Part shown: piece after piece, positions 1-13,197 of the stretch
Layout of the letters: the number at the start of each line of letters is the position of its first letter
Numbering within the stretch: the first letter of the stretch is position 1
DNA from: Octopus sinensis
Taxonomy: Eukaryota
Assembly: GCF_006345805.1 (NCBI RefSeq)
Contig: NC_042998.1
Span: 103,850,001 to 103,914,000 of the forward strand
Length of the DNA stretch: 64,000 bases
Reading direction: 5' to 3'
Translations under genes and position numbers: made by a program
Notes under the pieces: model-generated
What the model saw: only the letters and a program-made list of their open reading frames with translations
Database searches by the model: none
What the model was told of the DNA's origin: nothing

Positions 1-1071
1 AAAAACTTACACGATCTCTACATTCAAGCACATAAATTATTCATAAATATAGGGTTTATGGAAAATAACAAAAGTGTATTGTGGTGAAGTTTCAAAAAAT
101 ATATTTTACATTAAATTAGTAAACTACATTCCTTAATTTTATTTTAATAATTAGTTGAAAATCATCATAAAGATAATTATAGATAGCAAGGCTATATAAA
201 TTCTGAAGCAACAACCTGCCATTTAAAATGTTATATCAAATGAAATTTTGAATGAAACTTCCATCTATAGAATTATTTCAGACAGAGAATTTAAAAGGGT
301 TTAAAAATAACGTCATCTGGTATTGGTTTCTAATGGTATGTTTTATAAGTTTATATAAGTTTCAGTTTTAACATAACTAAAATATATCATATACATTATA
401 ATGAAAGCTGTTTTTGTCGCAGAAGGTAATATATGTATACAGGTGTGTGTTTATCGTAAACACTCTGAACTATCAAGAAGTCGTCAGTCAAATAGAAGTG
501 TTCAAATCTTATCAGATAATTGCTTTTTGATAAATGCTTGTATGTATTCCTTCTTTTATAATGATTAATCGTCAAAAATGCAACTCTGTTTAATTGCGTA
601 ATATATAGAGCACTAATGAATCTGTTGGTAATGCGTTCTCTAGATGACCATGTAAACTTAAAGGGGATTATTCTCACGATTCACGAAAATAGGCAAACAT
701 CTCAGAAGATAATAAATTCACACTGATATAAATGTTCTTTTTGGTTTATTTTCTAAGTTTCTGCCCATTAAATTGGGAAAATGTCGCTATGAATCTGTAG
801 AAAGAAAGATTCTTCATATACCTTACTTTTCTTTTTATAATACTGATTTCTTACATTGTCACAAGTCCAAAACTTTTGGTAACGGAAACAATCGATCATA
901 TCAACCACACTAATAAACTCGGGCTAATTTTATCAAATCCAGAAAGATGAATGGCACTTCAGCGAGATTTGAAATCAAAACCTAAAAGGAAAGTATGATT
1001 AAAGCCGGTGGTATACACATTCTGGAATTGCGAATTAAAAATGAAATTATTTTTATGTTTTTTGGTCACCA

Positions 1072-1107
<36 letters not shown>

Positions 1108-1494
1108 TGGGTATGGTAGATGACTTCAGCAAAAATTTAGATTCAGATGAATATGGTACTTAACACGGGGCACAAGAACTTAGTATGGTATTATCCATAC
1201 AATTTCAAAGTAAGGTGATTAAAATCAAAATAAGTAACAAGGATATCCAGTTTATTTGGAATTATATACGATGCCTAAAAGCTGCTTCAAAATTTCTCGG
1301 CCTCCGTAGTCTCAATTTCAGAATGATGCTGGCCAATTTTAATAGATCTTTATAGTTGGAAGTTCCAATGTGACTGGAGCAGATATTTGAATTTTGATAA
1401 ATTAATGTGTCATCAGTAAACTATTGTTGAATTGTGTTTATCAGTGACAAATAACAGATATCCTCCGGATATCCTCGTTGCTTATTTTGATATT

Positions 1495-1584
<90 letters not shown>

Positions 1585-1604
1585 GAGATAGATAGATAGA
1601 TAGA

Positions 1605-3056
1605 CATGTTTCTTTATTAGCCACACAGGGCTGCACACAGACGGGACAAATTACAAGGTAGAGCTTTTCTTTTGGGGGTTTGGTTTTCGATCAAAAGGGA
1701 TCGTAAAATGAAAGAAAGAGGAAGAAAAAGGGGGGGGTAAAAATAAAAGGAAAAAGAAGAAAAAAATCGATCAATAGGGATCGTTATCACAGAAATGTCA
1801 ATATAAAATGTAAAGGGTAAGACAGGTGAGGTTTACCCGTGGAAAGAAAAGCCTACGGAAAAGACCACGGTAACCTCGATCAATGAAGTCACATGTTATA
1901 TTTTTTTTTACAAATAAGCAACTCTCTGTATTAATTTTTACGGTGCATAAGATCATAGTCAAGGTGGCTTCGTCATTCATACGTGCCATCCTTGCTACAT
2001 TCACCCATCTTCTTTTAAAACATTCGCTTGACAAAACGTGCCTCTCTACTCTCATTTTCCTCTTCAAGTGATACTTGAAGAAGTTGATGAGAGATTGACC
2101 AGAGAGGAAAGTGTTTGTCTCTAATCCTTCAGAGACGCTCCACCATACATTCTTTCGCCATAGCCACAAGTATGATAAAACTAGCTCTTCCTTCCCGTCT
2201 GAAGGAAGGAGGCGTGACGATATTAACGATAGACTCGGCTGATAAACCGACTCATCCCACATGTGACAGTAGTCGTTCGACATAAGCCCACAGGTCGGAG
2301 TTTGTTGGAAACTGCACGATTGCGTGCAGAACGGTTTCGTCGCTCTGACTGCATCTCGGGCAGGTCGGCCCCGTGTTACTCGAGCCATGCCTATAAAGCT
2401 TATCCCGAACGGGTAGCGCTTCTCGGTTGCACTGCCAGACTAGGTATCTCTGGAAGTTGTCCATAGGTCCTGGCCCGAAAGTCGTCTCAAACAGGCGGGT
2501 CAGGTATTCCTCGTCGACGCCCAGATTCGCCCCAAGATCGTCGTCGTACCTCCCCTCCACTAATCCCCTATAGAATGCTTGGGTTGTGTTGAAGTCACTC
2601 AAGGTCGACCCGGGACGGCATAATTGCTTGAGAGCAACGCGACACTCGCGGTGCCATTCGCTCTTCCTCGGCCTCTTTTTGATCCACGACTGCAGTTCTG
2701 TCATGGAGACGAGCTGCGGGAAAGCGTGCCTCACAAACGGCGACCACACCTGTTCACCGTCGTCTACATACAGCCGGAGATGTCGCAGTCTCAGCGCGTG
2801 TCTGCGCATCATCAACCATGGCATGCCCAGCCCTCCTTTTAACGGGTGTTGACAGCAAATGGATCGCTGACCATCGGGACGCATCCTTTCCAAGAAGCGG
2901 AAGAGAATGCGTTCTAGTTTGGTGATGGTAGGGTCGGGACAAGGTAACGACGGTCAGGCGGAGTAGATGATGGACGGATGTACGTGTTCGCCACCTCCGC
3001 CCGACCTTTTAGGGAGTTTCCTCTCGGCCCCGTGCCGGGTGATAGTGACCACCCTA
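1605..3056 (-). mobile_element. L1/Tx1-clade LINE, copy 1 (5'-truncated, 3' end of ORF2 plus 3' UTR)
   Basis: ORF 2252..2893 has the post-RT region and zinc knuckle CPRCSQSDETVLHAIVQ(F)P; AATAAA on minus at ~1613-1618 followed by a (TCTA)n tail; homologous to 3161-4685 but visibly diverged. Confidence 0.92.
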
Positions 3057-3126
3057 GATAGATAGATAGATATATAGAAGATAGATAGATAGATAAATAG
3101 ATAGATAGATAGATAGATGATAGATT

Positions 3127-3160
<34 letters not shown>

Positions 3161-3161
<1 letters not shown>

Positions 3162-6100
3162 TGTTTTCTTTATTAGCCACACAGGGCTGCACACAGATAG
3201 AACAAATTACAAGGTAGAGCTTTTCTTTGAAGGTATTAAAAAAAAAAAAAAAAAAAAAAAAAAGGAAGGGGGAGGTTCGATCAAAAGGGATCGTAAAAGG
3301 AGAGAAAGAGGACAAAAATAAGGGGGGTAAAAAAAAAAAAAAAAAAGGGGGGAGAGGAAAAAAAAAAAAATGATCAATAGGGATCGTTTATCACAGAAAT
3401 GTCGATATGAAGTGTAAAGGGGAGGACAGGTGAGGTTTACCCGTGGAAAGAAAAGCCTGCGGAAAAGACCACGGTAACCTCGGTCAATGAAGTCACATTT
3501 TATATTTCTTTTTTTTTTTTTTTTTTTTTTGCAAATAAGCAACTCTCTGTTTTCGATTTTTTGGGTTCATAGGACTATGCTCAAGGTGGCTTCGTCATTC
3601 ATACGTGCCATTCTTGCTACATTCACCCATCTTTTTTTAAAACATTCGCTAGACAAAACTTGCCTCTCTACTCTCACTTTCCTTTTCAAGTGGTACTTGA
3701 AGAAGTTGATGAGAGATTGACCAGAGAGGAAAGTGTTTGTCTCCAATCCTTCAGACGCGTCCACCAGATACATTCTTTCGCCATAGCCACAAGGATGATG
3801 AAATAGCTCTTCCTTCCCGTTTGAAAAGAAGGAGCGTGACAATATTGACGATAGACTCAGCTGATAAACCGACTCGTCCCACACGTGACAGCAGTCTTCG
3901 ACATAAGCCCACAGGTCGGAAATTGTTGGACACTGAACGAGTGCGTGCAGAAACGGTTTCGTCGCTCTGACCGCATCTCGGGCAGGTCGGCCCCGTGTTT
4001 CTCGAGCCGTGTCTGTAGAGCTTATCCCGAACGGGTAGCGCTTCTCGGTAGCACTGCCAGGCCAGGGATCTCTGGAAGTTGTCCATGGGCCCTGGCCCGA
4101 AAGTCGTCCCGAACAGGCGGGTCAGGTACTCCTCGTCGACGTCCAGGTTCGCCCCGAGCTCGTCGTCGTACCTCCCCTCCACTAACCCCTATAGAACTTT
4201 GCTTTGTTGTGTTGAAGTCACTTAAGGTCGACCCAGGACGGCAGAGTTGCTTGAGAGCAACGCGACACTCGCGGTGCCATTCGCCCTTCCTCGGCCTCTT
4301 TTTGATCCACGACTGCAGTTCGGTCATGGAACGAGCTGCGGGAAAGCGTGCCTCACAAACGGCGACCACACACCTGTTCACCGTCGTCTACATAGAGCAG
4401 AGATGTCGCAGTCTCAGCGCGTGTCTGCGCATCATCAACCACGGCATGCCCAGCCCTCCTTTTAACGGGTGTTGACAGCAAATGGATCGCCTGACCATCG
4501 GGACGCATCCTTTCCACAAGAAGCGAAAGAGGATGCGTTGTAGTTTGGTGATGGTAGGGTCGGGACAAGGTACGACGGTCAGGCGGTAGTAGATGACGGA
4601 CGCGATGTACGTGTTCGCCACCTCCGCTCGACCTTTTAGGGACAGTTTCCTCTCGGCCCATTGCCGGGCGAGAGTGACCACCCTACTCGTTATCTCGTTC
4701 CAGTCTTCTCCACTTGGAGGTCCGGACCAAACCAGACCCCGAGCAACTCAACCGGGCCGTCGGTCCAGCGTCCCACGACGGAGGCGCTGGTGGACGGCAT
4801 GGGCTTGCTTCTCCAGGTGCCTAGTCGCAAGCCCACTGACTTTTCCCGGTTGATTTTCGCTCCTGTCACCGCTTCGTAGTTTTTCAGTGTCTCGCCGACC
4901 AGCTCGATGTGCTCGTGACTAGACACTATGACGGTGACGTCGTCCGCGTATGCAGACACGCTCGTCCCGCATCCCAATTCTCGCGGGATGCCCCTTAGAG
5001 TCGCCAGCTTCCGCAGTAGTGGCTCAAGAGTCAATACGTATAGAAGCGCCGAGAGGGGGCATCCCTGACGGACCGAACGTGCAATGTCGAAAGGTCTCGA
5101 TAGATGTCCATTTACGCGAATTACCGAACGGATGCCTCTGTACAAGGCAGCTATCCAGCCGCGGAAGACGGGACCGAAACCAGCCGCTCTCAGGACTGCC
5201 TCCAAGTATCGATGGTCTACCCTATCAAAGGCTTTTGATTGATCCAAGTTGATCAGGGCCCCCCCCATGCCAGGTTCGTTAACTACCCTGTCTATGATGT
5301 AGCGCATCAGATGGAGGTTGTCATGGATGGTCCGGCCTGGCACGGCGCATGTTTGCGCCTTGTCGACCAGTTTCTCGATGACAAGCGCCAACCTCTTGGC
5401 TAGCACCTTGGCCAAAATTTTCAAGTCTGCATTAAGCAGAGTGATGGGCCTAAAGTTATCTATTACATTTCCCTTGTTTAGATCTTTCTTCAGCAGTGTT
5501 ACGGCTCCTCGGCTCACAAAACCAGGAATGCTCCCGTTTTGCTGCCAGTTGCAGTACACCGCCGCCAAGAGATCTCCAAACAAGTCTGGCATACAATTGT
5601 AAAGCTCGTAGGGTAGACCATCCAAACCCGGTGATTTGTCCCTCGAGCATTCTGCACCATCGCTTCCCCGCACTTCCGCCGCCGTGATGGCACCTTCGCA
5701 GCACCCTGCCTTTCTTGTCGAGAGTCGTGGTAGGCTATGTAGGTAGGCACTGAAGTCCACCCTACGTTCTTGCCCTCCACTCGTTCCGAACAGTCGGGCA
5801 AAATGCTGCTGAAAGGCCTCACACATTTTACTTGGCTCGAGCAATTCGCGCCCCTGTTCATCTACGAGTGACCGAATGGTGGCTTTGTTGCCCTGTTGCG
5901 CCTCTGCCACCCGGGCCTCTCTCGCGGCTCCAACACCGTTTCCTTAGAGCACGCATCCTAGCTCTGACAGCACATCCTTCGTGTTTGGCGTTGAAGTGTT
6001 GGTCGAGGGCCAACCTCGCCGCCAAAAACGTCGGATGCCATGCCGCTTCTAATTGCCTCTTCTAGCTTCTTAACTAGCTCACCCTCTACTCTATTTCTAT

Positions 6101-6772
6101 CTATGGCTAGTGCTTTGCTGTTACCTAATCGCTTCTTTCTTTTAACTGCTGCTCTCTTGAGGGAAACCACCATTTGTTGTTTGATGATGGCTCCCGTCAA
6201 AGCCCTCTTTACTAGTGTGCTAATCCGGTCTCTGAAAACTTGTCTCGATGGGAAAGACGCGTTTAGTTTCCAGTATCCGGGACCCTGCCTAAGTGTCTTA
6301 CCTAAGTCTAGCGTACATGTCACAAGTTTGTGATCCGTGTAGCTGACTATGTGGAATTGTGGACATCCTATGCTATCTCTATCTACTGTCCTACACAGTA
6401 TCCTATCTAGATACGATCTCGACGACCCGATGCGGTTTGCTCCATGTCCACGTTGGCGCATTCGGGTGGTCTAGTCGAAACCTGTCAGACAGTTGAAAGC
6501 GTCTGAGCAGGTCTCTGAGGCATTTGCATCCCCGTCTATTCCTATCTCTACCCACGTAGTCTACATGCGTGTCCAAGGTAGCATTCCAATCCCCCACTAA
6601 GAGTAAAGGACGAGACGTTCCCAAGAAAACTTCTAGACGTTGAAAGAAATCCGCCCGACCTGTTAAGGGCGGTGCGTAAACTGATACGAGCCGAAAAGCG
6701 CACCCATTGCTGCCGTCGACATCCAGGACGACCAGTCTACCCTCCGGGTCTACGAATATTGTCCTTACATTG
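3161..6772 (-). mobile_element. L1/Tx1-clade LINE, copy 2 (ORF2: APE endonuclease, RT, zinc knuckle; frameshifted; truncated inside the endonuclease)
   Basis: APE motifs DPEGRLVVLDV, FRLVSVYAP, GDWNA, YLDRI, TDH (6770-6300); RT motifs KSPGLDG, FRPITLLNADLKIL, LDQSKAFDRVDH, RQGCPLS, YADD (ORF 4690..5910); CPRCGQSDETV near 3950-4000; AATAAA plus (TCTA)n tail. Confidence 0.97.
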
Positions 6773-6823
<51 letters not shown>

Positions 6824-6865
6824 GAAATATATATAGCTATATATGTATATGTATGTATGTATGTA

Positions 6866-7049
6866 TTTGTGTGTTTGGGTTTTCCCCCACCATCCCTTGT
6901 GTTTACGTCACCGTAAATTAGCGGTTCGGCAAAAGTGACAGACAGAATAAGTACTAGACTTACAATGAATAAGTCCAGGTGTCGATTTTTTCGACTAAAG
7001 ACGGTGTTCCAGCATGGCCGCAGTCAAATGACTGAAACAAGTAAAAGGA
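6866..7049 (+). mobile_element. SINE family A, 3' half
   Basis: Matches 27950-28160 (ttagcggttcggcaaaag ... ccagcatggccgcagtcaaatgactgaaacaagtaaaag). Confidence 0.8.
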
Positions 7050-7156
7050 ATATATATATATATAATTGATATAGGATAAAAACAATTTTTTTTTTTCGGG
7101 AAAAAAATTTTATCAATGGCCAACATATCAAAAAATGCCTTTAAAGGTAAAATTTG

Positions 7157-7389
7157 TACATAATTTACAAGATAAGGGCAGAAGTATTTCATTTATATCT
7201 CGCTGAAGAGGGGAAAATTTTTTGTGAATCAACCCCGAAATTGGACCAATACGGTAATAACGAATTTTTTAGAAATTTCTATCGGTTTGTTTCGAGACGC
7301 ATAAATTTAATGGTTATCGACAATTTTTTGTTTTCGGCGTATCTGGCATTAGAATTTTTCTTTTGCCCTTATCTTGTAAATTATATGTA
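7157..7389. mobile_element. MITE with ~30-bp terminal inverted repeats
   Basis: tacataatttacaagataagggcagaa at 7157 is the inverted match of ttttgcccttatcttgtaaattatatgta ending 7389; TA at both ends. Confidence 0.55.
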
Positions 7390-7490
7390 TATATATATAA
7401 ATACACACACACACACATACAGACGCACATACATACTTATACATATGAATATGTATGTGTGTGTTACTTACATATAGATATATGTATATA

Positions 7491-7560
<70 letters not shown>

Positions 7561-9689
7561 TATAATATATAATTTGTATATATAGACACACATGCATATC
7601 TATATCTATCTATCTATCTATCTATTTATATATATATATAAATATATATACACCTACATATATATAAGTCAATCGTGAGCCTTTGTAAAAGGTGTATAAC
7701 AGTATATCCTGGAGGTTGGTGTTGCCAACTAAATTATTTAATGTATTCTATGACGACCGAAAAGGCTTTGATTGTTACACAGGACAATATGAACACTGAT
7801 CATAAGGTACGAGAATGAGAATCGAATTGAGTAAGGCAAAGAAGATACAGAAAAAACTGGGAAAAGGACAAAGTGAAAGACTAAGAATAGGAATATAGAG
7901 GGGAAAATTAGAAACAACGAGAAACAATAATTCAAGTGGAAAAGAACGAAATTAATGCCACTGGAACTGGAAGGCGTCGTAGGACGAATGTGTAGGCAAA
8001 ATATGAACGATTGGCAAGAATAGTTTGCCACCCTACCATCCCTCTTTCTTTCCTCCCTGTATAAATAAATTTAAACCCGTACTTCCCACTTACACTTTTT
8101 CAACGTCAGGTCCCTTTTCACACCTGTTTATCTCTGTATCAATATTTCTCTCGCTTCCTTTTCTCTGTCCCTACCTATCTCTATCCATTACCCTAACTAT
8201 TTATTTCCCGCTCTCTTCTTTTTCCTTCAAGCAAACTATATTGCCCTATTCCTCTTTGTACTAGTTTCTCTGCCTAGCTTTAAACTTTTACTTCTTTAAC
8301 TTTCAACTTCCCTTTATGTTCAAATCTCTCTATTAGTCGCTTTTTCTAACCCCCCTCTCTCTCTCTCTCATTGTAGCTGCATACTTTTACCATTTTGTCC
8401 TTCTATACTTCACTATCATTCCCACATTCTGTAAATGCCAGGTCACTTAAGTACACTGAAATGACCATGCTACACCGCTCTCAGATTATTAGATATTCCA
8501 GTCGCAATATTTTGAATTTTACCTTGCTATCATCACTGATCATTTAATTGGGATCCACTTCTTTCTTTCCTTGTGCATTTATTATTTGGTGTTGCTGCCA
8601 TGCTTTCAATTTTCACAGTTAGAAGATTTATAGGTTTTTTTAAACTTTGTGTGTGTCTATCTAAACACAGACACTCACACACACACACACACACACACAT
8701 GCATACATACATGCACACACACACTTACACACACGCACACACACGCACACACATTTACACACACATACACACATATATGTGAAAACTTAATGTTGGTTGA
8801 AATATGTTTGTGACTGTACTTACCTTGGAGAAGAAATTCTGTCTTATAGTAAAAGGTGTAAAAACACCGCATCTTCCAAGTGTTGTCTTCTATCGATGGG
8901 AAATCCCGAAGAGAAGTAATTCTGAGCAGATTTAAAGCCATAGCTTTAAATAAAACACCGTCAACAACATTGACTGCGTTGTGCTATTGGACCACTAAGT
9001 TGGGAGAAATCGAGCAGTACCTGCTCCATGTAGCATTTAGGCATAAGCGAACTTAAGTTAGTTGAAATATGTTTATAATATATCTCAACTTCGAAAGGCA
9101 AATTCACTGAAGTTACTGAGGAGAAAAATTCTCTCTTACGGTGAAAAAATGCCATTCCTTGGTAGAAAGTAGCGAATGTATACGAAAACAAGGACTGAAA
9201 AAAAAAAACGGTGAAATGGTACACAAATACAAATGCAAATAACAGGACATAACAACAGGTGTTTTTCGACTAAGGACGAATTAAATTAAGATGGCGTGTG
9301 TGAAAGTGAAATCTTACAGCAGGGAAATATGAGATGACAGGCATGGGGTGGAATATAGATTTTGCGCGGATGGTAGTCGAACAAAGAAAGAACCGGTAGG
9401 TAGAGGCAGAGGGGCGAAGTTAGGGAGGGACGAAAGAAAAGGGAGAGAGTGAAGTGAAAAAGGAGAGAAGGTGAGAATGAAGAGAAAGCTAGGGAATTTG
9501 AGAGAGCGGGGAACGAAAGAAAGAAGATTGGAAAGAACGATGTGTGAAGGGGCTGATAGAATGAAAGAATGAAAGAATAAGAGAGTCGTACAAAATTCAT
9601 ATATATATAGATAGATAGGTAGATAGATGCATGTATATGGATCGTTAGCCCCCACAGGCATTTTTTTTCTCTCCTTGTTTCTTTTCTGT

Positions 9690-9830
9690 GTATCTTTCTG
9701 TCGAGGAGCGTAGGCTCGAAACGTAAAAGACTTGTTTTATTTCTATTCCTGAGCGCTATACTAATACAATTGTTTGTTTGTACTCCACTTGCCTTCGTCT
9801 TTTGTTTATTTTCGTAAACCTTCCCGTTAT
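9690..9830 (+). mobile_element. Short PLE-type terminal repeat with hammerhead-like motif
   Basis: tcttt-ctgtcga-g-gagc-gtag-gctc-gaaacgt-a-aaaga at 9693-9730; homologous to 10795-10930 (minus); ends in (TA)n. Confidence 0.65.
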
Positions 9831-9858
9831 ATATATATATATAATATATATATATATA

Positions 9859-9907
<49 letters not shown>

Positions 9908-10092
9908 TAATAATAATAATATAATAATAATATGACAATAAAAAATGAGACCTCGATAATAGATAAACAGGGGAAATTATATATGTATAGTATAGGACAA
10001 CATACTGATTGTCCTATACTATACACACACACGCACACACACACACACACACACGCGCGCACACACACGCACACACACACACACACACACAC

Positions 10093-10139
<47 letters not shown>

Positions 10140-10172
10140 CAAAGTAAGGTTCAGGTTACCGCAGAGTAAAAA

Positions 10173-10487
10173 TATAAGGAAAAGAATCTGAGAAAGCAGG
10201 AGTCTTTTAAAGTATTTATTAACTTAACCGGTTTCACTTATTTAAAAAAGATTTTCAGAAATACAGTATGAGGCTTTGTATATACGCAAAGCCACGAACT
10301 TTTTCTTATCATTGTCAAAGACCCTATCAATTGATCTGAATACATTTATATAAATTAATTTTTGACACCACAGATGATACGCAAAACCTCACACTTTACT
10401 TTTGAAAATCTTTTTGAATAAGTGAAACCAGTTAAGCTAATAAATACTTTTAATAGACACCTGCATTTTCAGATTCTTTTCCTTATA
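10173..10487. mobile_element. Palindromic MITE (~110-bp TIRs, TA ends); second copy 11345-11658
   Basis: tataaggaaaagaatctg...gtgaggc is the inverted match of ...cagattcttttccttata. Confidence 0.7.
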
Positions 10488-10794
10488 CGTGCGCGCATGT
10501 GTGTTTATATCTATGTTTTTATACATATATATACATATACAGTATTCCACTGATGAGACAAAGCATTTCTTATGCAAAGCCAGAAATCTGGGATGTGGAA
10601 TTATCCAATAAAATTTTACTAGTTTATTTTGTGTCTTTTGCCTTCTCTCCTGGTGCTGTATAAACATTTAATGTGCTTCTAGAGTCAAGTTTTGGCTGCT
10701 ATATCTAGCATAGTGGTAATTTTAGATATGATATGATAGTTATTTTAAATAACGATCTTATCCTTCTTTATATAAATTTAGACACATATATTAT

Positions 10795-10930
10795 ATGGAG
10801 AATTCACAAAAAGAAGACGAAAACAGGTGGTGTAGACAACAAACAGATGTATTAGTTTAACGCTCGGGAAGTGAAAAAGTCTTTAACATTTCGAGACTAC
10901 GCTCTTCCACAGAAAGGAACAAGAAGAGAA
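10795..10930 (-). mobile_element. Short PLE-type terminal repeat with hammerhead-like motif; duplicated at ~11966-12100
   Basis: Minus strand cttt-ctgtgga-a-gagc-gtag-tctc-gaaatgt-t-aaag (10879-10916); same family as 9690-9830. Confidence 0.6.
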
Positions 10931-12454
10931 AATAAAGAATGAGTAGTGCCTAGCGATCTATCATGGGTCACACAGGAGAACTAGGAAGAAGGGGAAATAA
11001 TATATTAGTGGTGATCCCAAAACGAAGGTGCGCGTGCATGTGTATAAGAGAGCATGTATGTGCGTGTGGAAGAGGGCTGGTGGCTTTGACGTGTGCGTGT
11101 GTTTATGTGCAGGTGTGTGTATGTGTAGGCGTGTGGATGATGGTGTGGGGCTGGGAAGTGGTCAGTGCTAGTGTGTGCGTGGTTGTGTGATGTGATGTGA
11201 TGTGGTGGTGTGTGGTATGGTGTGTGTATGGTGTGGCACAAACGCAAATATAGGTGTGTATGTAGATGTGTGTATACATATGTGTGTGTATATATATATA
11301 TATATATATAACAAAGTAAGGTTCAGGTTACCGCAGAGTAAAAATATAAGGAAAAGAATCTGAGAAGCAGGAGTCTTTTAAAGTATTTATTAACTTAACC
11401 GGTTTCACTTATTTAAAAAAGATTTTCAGAAATACAGTATGAGGCTTTGTATATACGCAAAGCCACGAACTTTTTCTTATCATTGTCAAAGACCCTATCA
11501 ATTGATCTGAATACATTTATATAAATTAATTTTTGACACCACAGATGATACGCAAAACCTCACACTTTACTTTTGAAAATCTTTTTGAATAAGTGAAACC
11601 AGTTAAGCTAATAAATACTTTTAATAGACACCTGCATTTTCAGATTCTTTTCCTTATACGTGCGCGCATGTGTGTTTATATCTATGTTTTTATACATATA
11701 TATACATATACAGTATTCCACTGATGAGACAAAGCATTTCTTATGCAAAGCCAGAAATCTGGGATGTGGAATTATCCAATAAAATTTTACTAGTTTATTT
11801 TGTGTCTTTTGCCTTCTCTCCTGGTGCTGTATAAACATTTAATGTGCTTCTAGAGTCAAGTTTTGGCTGCTATATCTAGCATAGTGGTAATTTTAGATAT
11901 GATATGATAGTTATTTTAAATAACGATCTTATCCTTCTTTATATAAATTTAGACACATATATTATATGGAGAATCCACAAAAGAAGACGAAAACAGGTGG
12001 TGTAGACAACAAACAGATGTATTAGTTTAACGCTCGGGAAGTGAAAAAGTCTTTAACATTTCGAGACTACGCTCTTCCACAGAAAGGAACAAGAAGAGAA
12101 GAGAAAATAAAGAATGAGTAGTGCCTAGCGATCTATCATGGGTCACACAGGAGAACTAGGAAGAAGGGGAATAATATATTAGTGGTGATCCCAAAACGAA
12201 GGTGCGCGTGCATGTGTATAAGAGAGCATGTATGTGCGTGTGGAAGAGGGCTGGTGGCTTTGACGTGTGCGTGTGTTTATGTGCAGGTGTGTGTATGTGT
12301 AGGCGTGTGGATGATGGTGTGGGGCTGGGAAGTGGTCAGTGCTAGTGTGTGCGTGGTTGTGTGATGTGATGTGATGTGGTGGTGTGTGGTATGGTGTGTG
12401 TATGGTGTGGCACAAACGCAAATATAGGTGTGTATGTAGATGTGTGTATACATA

Positions 12455-12511
<57 letters not shown>

Positions 12512-12944
12512 GGTGAGAGAGAGAGGCATACCCAAAAGTACACATATACACAACCCCCCCCCCACACACACACACATACGGCAGCATAAATACACAAACG
12601 TGTAAACAAGCGCATAGAAATAGCAAACACAAACACTAATATATGTTAACCAAAACTCCCATACAAACATAAACATGCAAATCGCACGTGTAGAGAGAAA
12701 CGCATTTACACATAATTCTATACTTACATAACTAACTAGAAATAGCAGCTAAATCTCGCTCAGATTACACATTACTATTTTCGAAGGAAAAAAGATAAGG
12801 AAAACGCGTGTATGTATTCCATGATACAATAACCATCAAATAATGATGGATATGGATAGATCATTATTTTAAATATAAGACCACTTGTCCTGGATTGATC
12901 TGGAATAAAACACAAGAAACAGCAACAAGAGCAACAGTGGAGGC

Positions 12945-13010
12945 GCGAGGAGTGGGAGTGAACCCCGCTGTACTCTTTCACCACAACTTTCTCTCACACT
13001 TTCTTCCTAC
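12945..13010 (+). mobile_element. Fragment of SINE family C body
   Basis: gtggaggcg...gaaccccgctgtactctttcaccacaactttctctcac matches the body of 56485-56858. Confidence 0.55.
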
Positions 13011-13020
13011 TTCCGCTATG

Positions 13021-13197
13021 GAAGAAGAAGAAGAAGAAGAAGAAGACGAAGAAGAAGGAGGAGGAGGAGGAGGAGAAGAAGAAGAAGACGAAGAAGAAGA
13101 CGAAGAAGAAGACGAAGAAGAAGGAGGAGGAGGAGGAGGAGGAGAAGAAGAAGGAGGAGGAGAAGAAGAAGAAGAAGACGACGACGACAACGACAAC
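13021..13197. repeat. Compound (GAA)/(GGA)/(GAC) trinucleotide array
   Basis: Directly visible. Confidence 0.95.

Larger units (their letters stand above)
10138..12480. repeat. Tandem duplication, two ~1.17-kb units (10138-11309, 11310-12480)
   Basis: Identical ORFs 10437..10667 and 11608..11838 (offset 1171); units differ by a few small indels and substitutions; junctions lie in (TA)n. Confidence 0.97.

Noticed and set aside
396-677. 93-aa minus ORF
   Set aside because: No recognisable motif or convincing splice context; this length is unremarkable by chance.
1548-6821. Target-site duplications for the L1/Tx1 copies
   Set aside because: Cannot be defined because both flanks are the same microsatellite.
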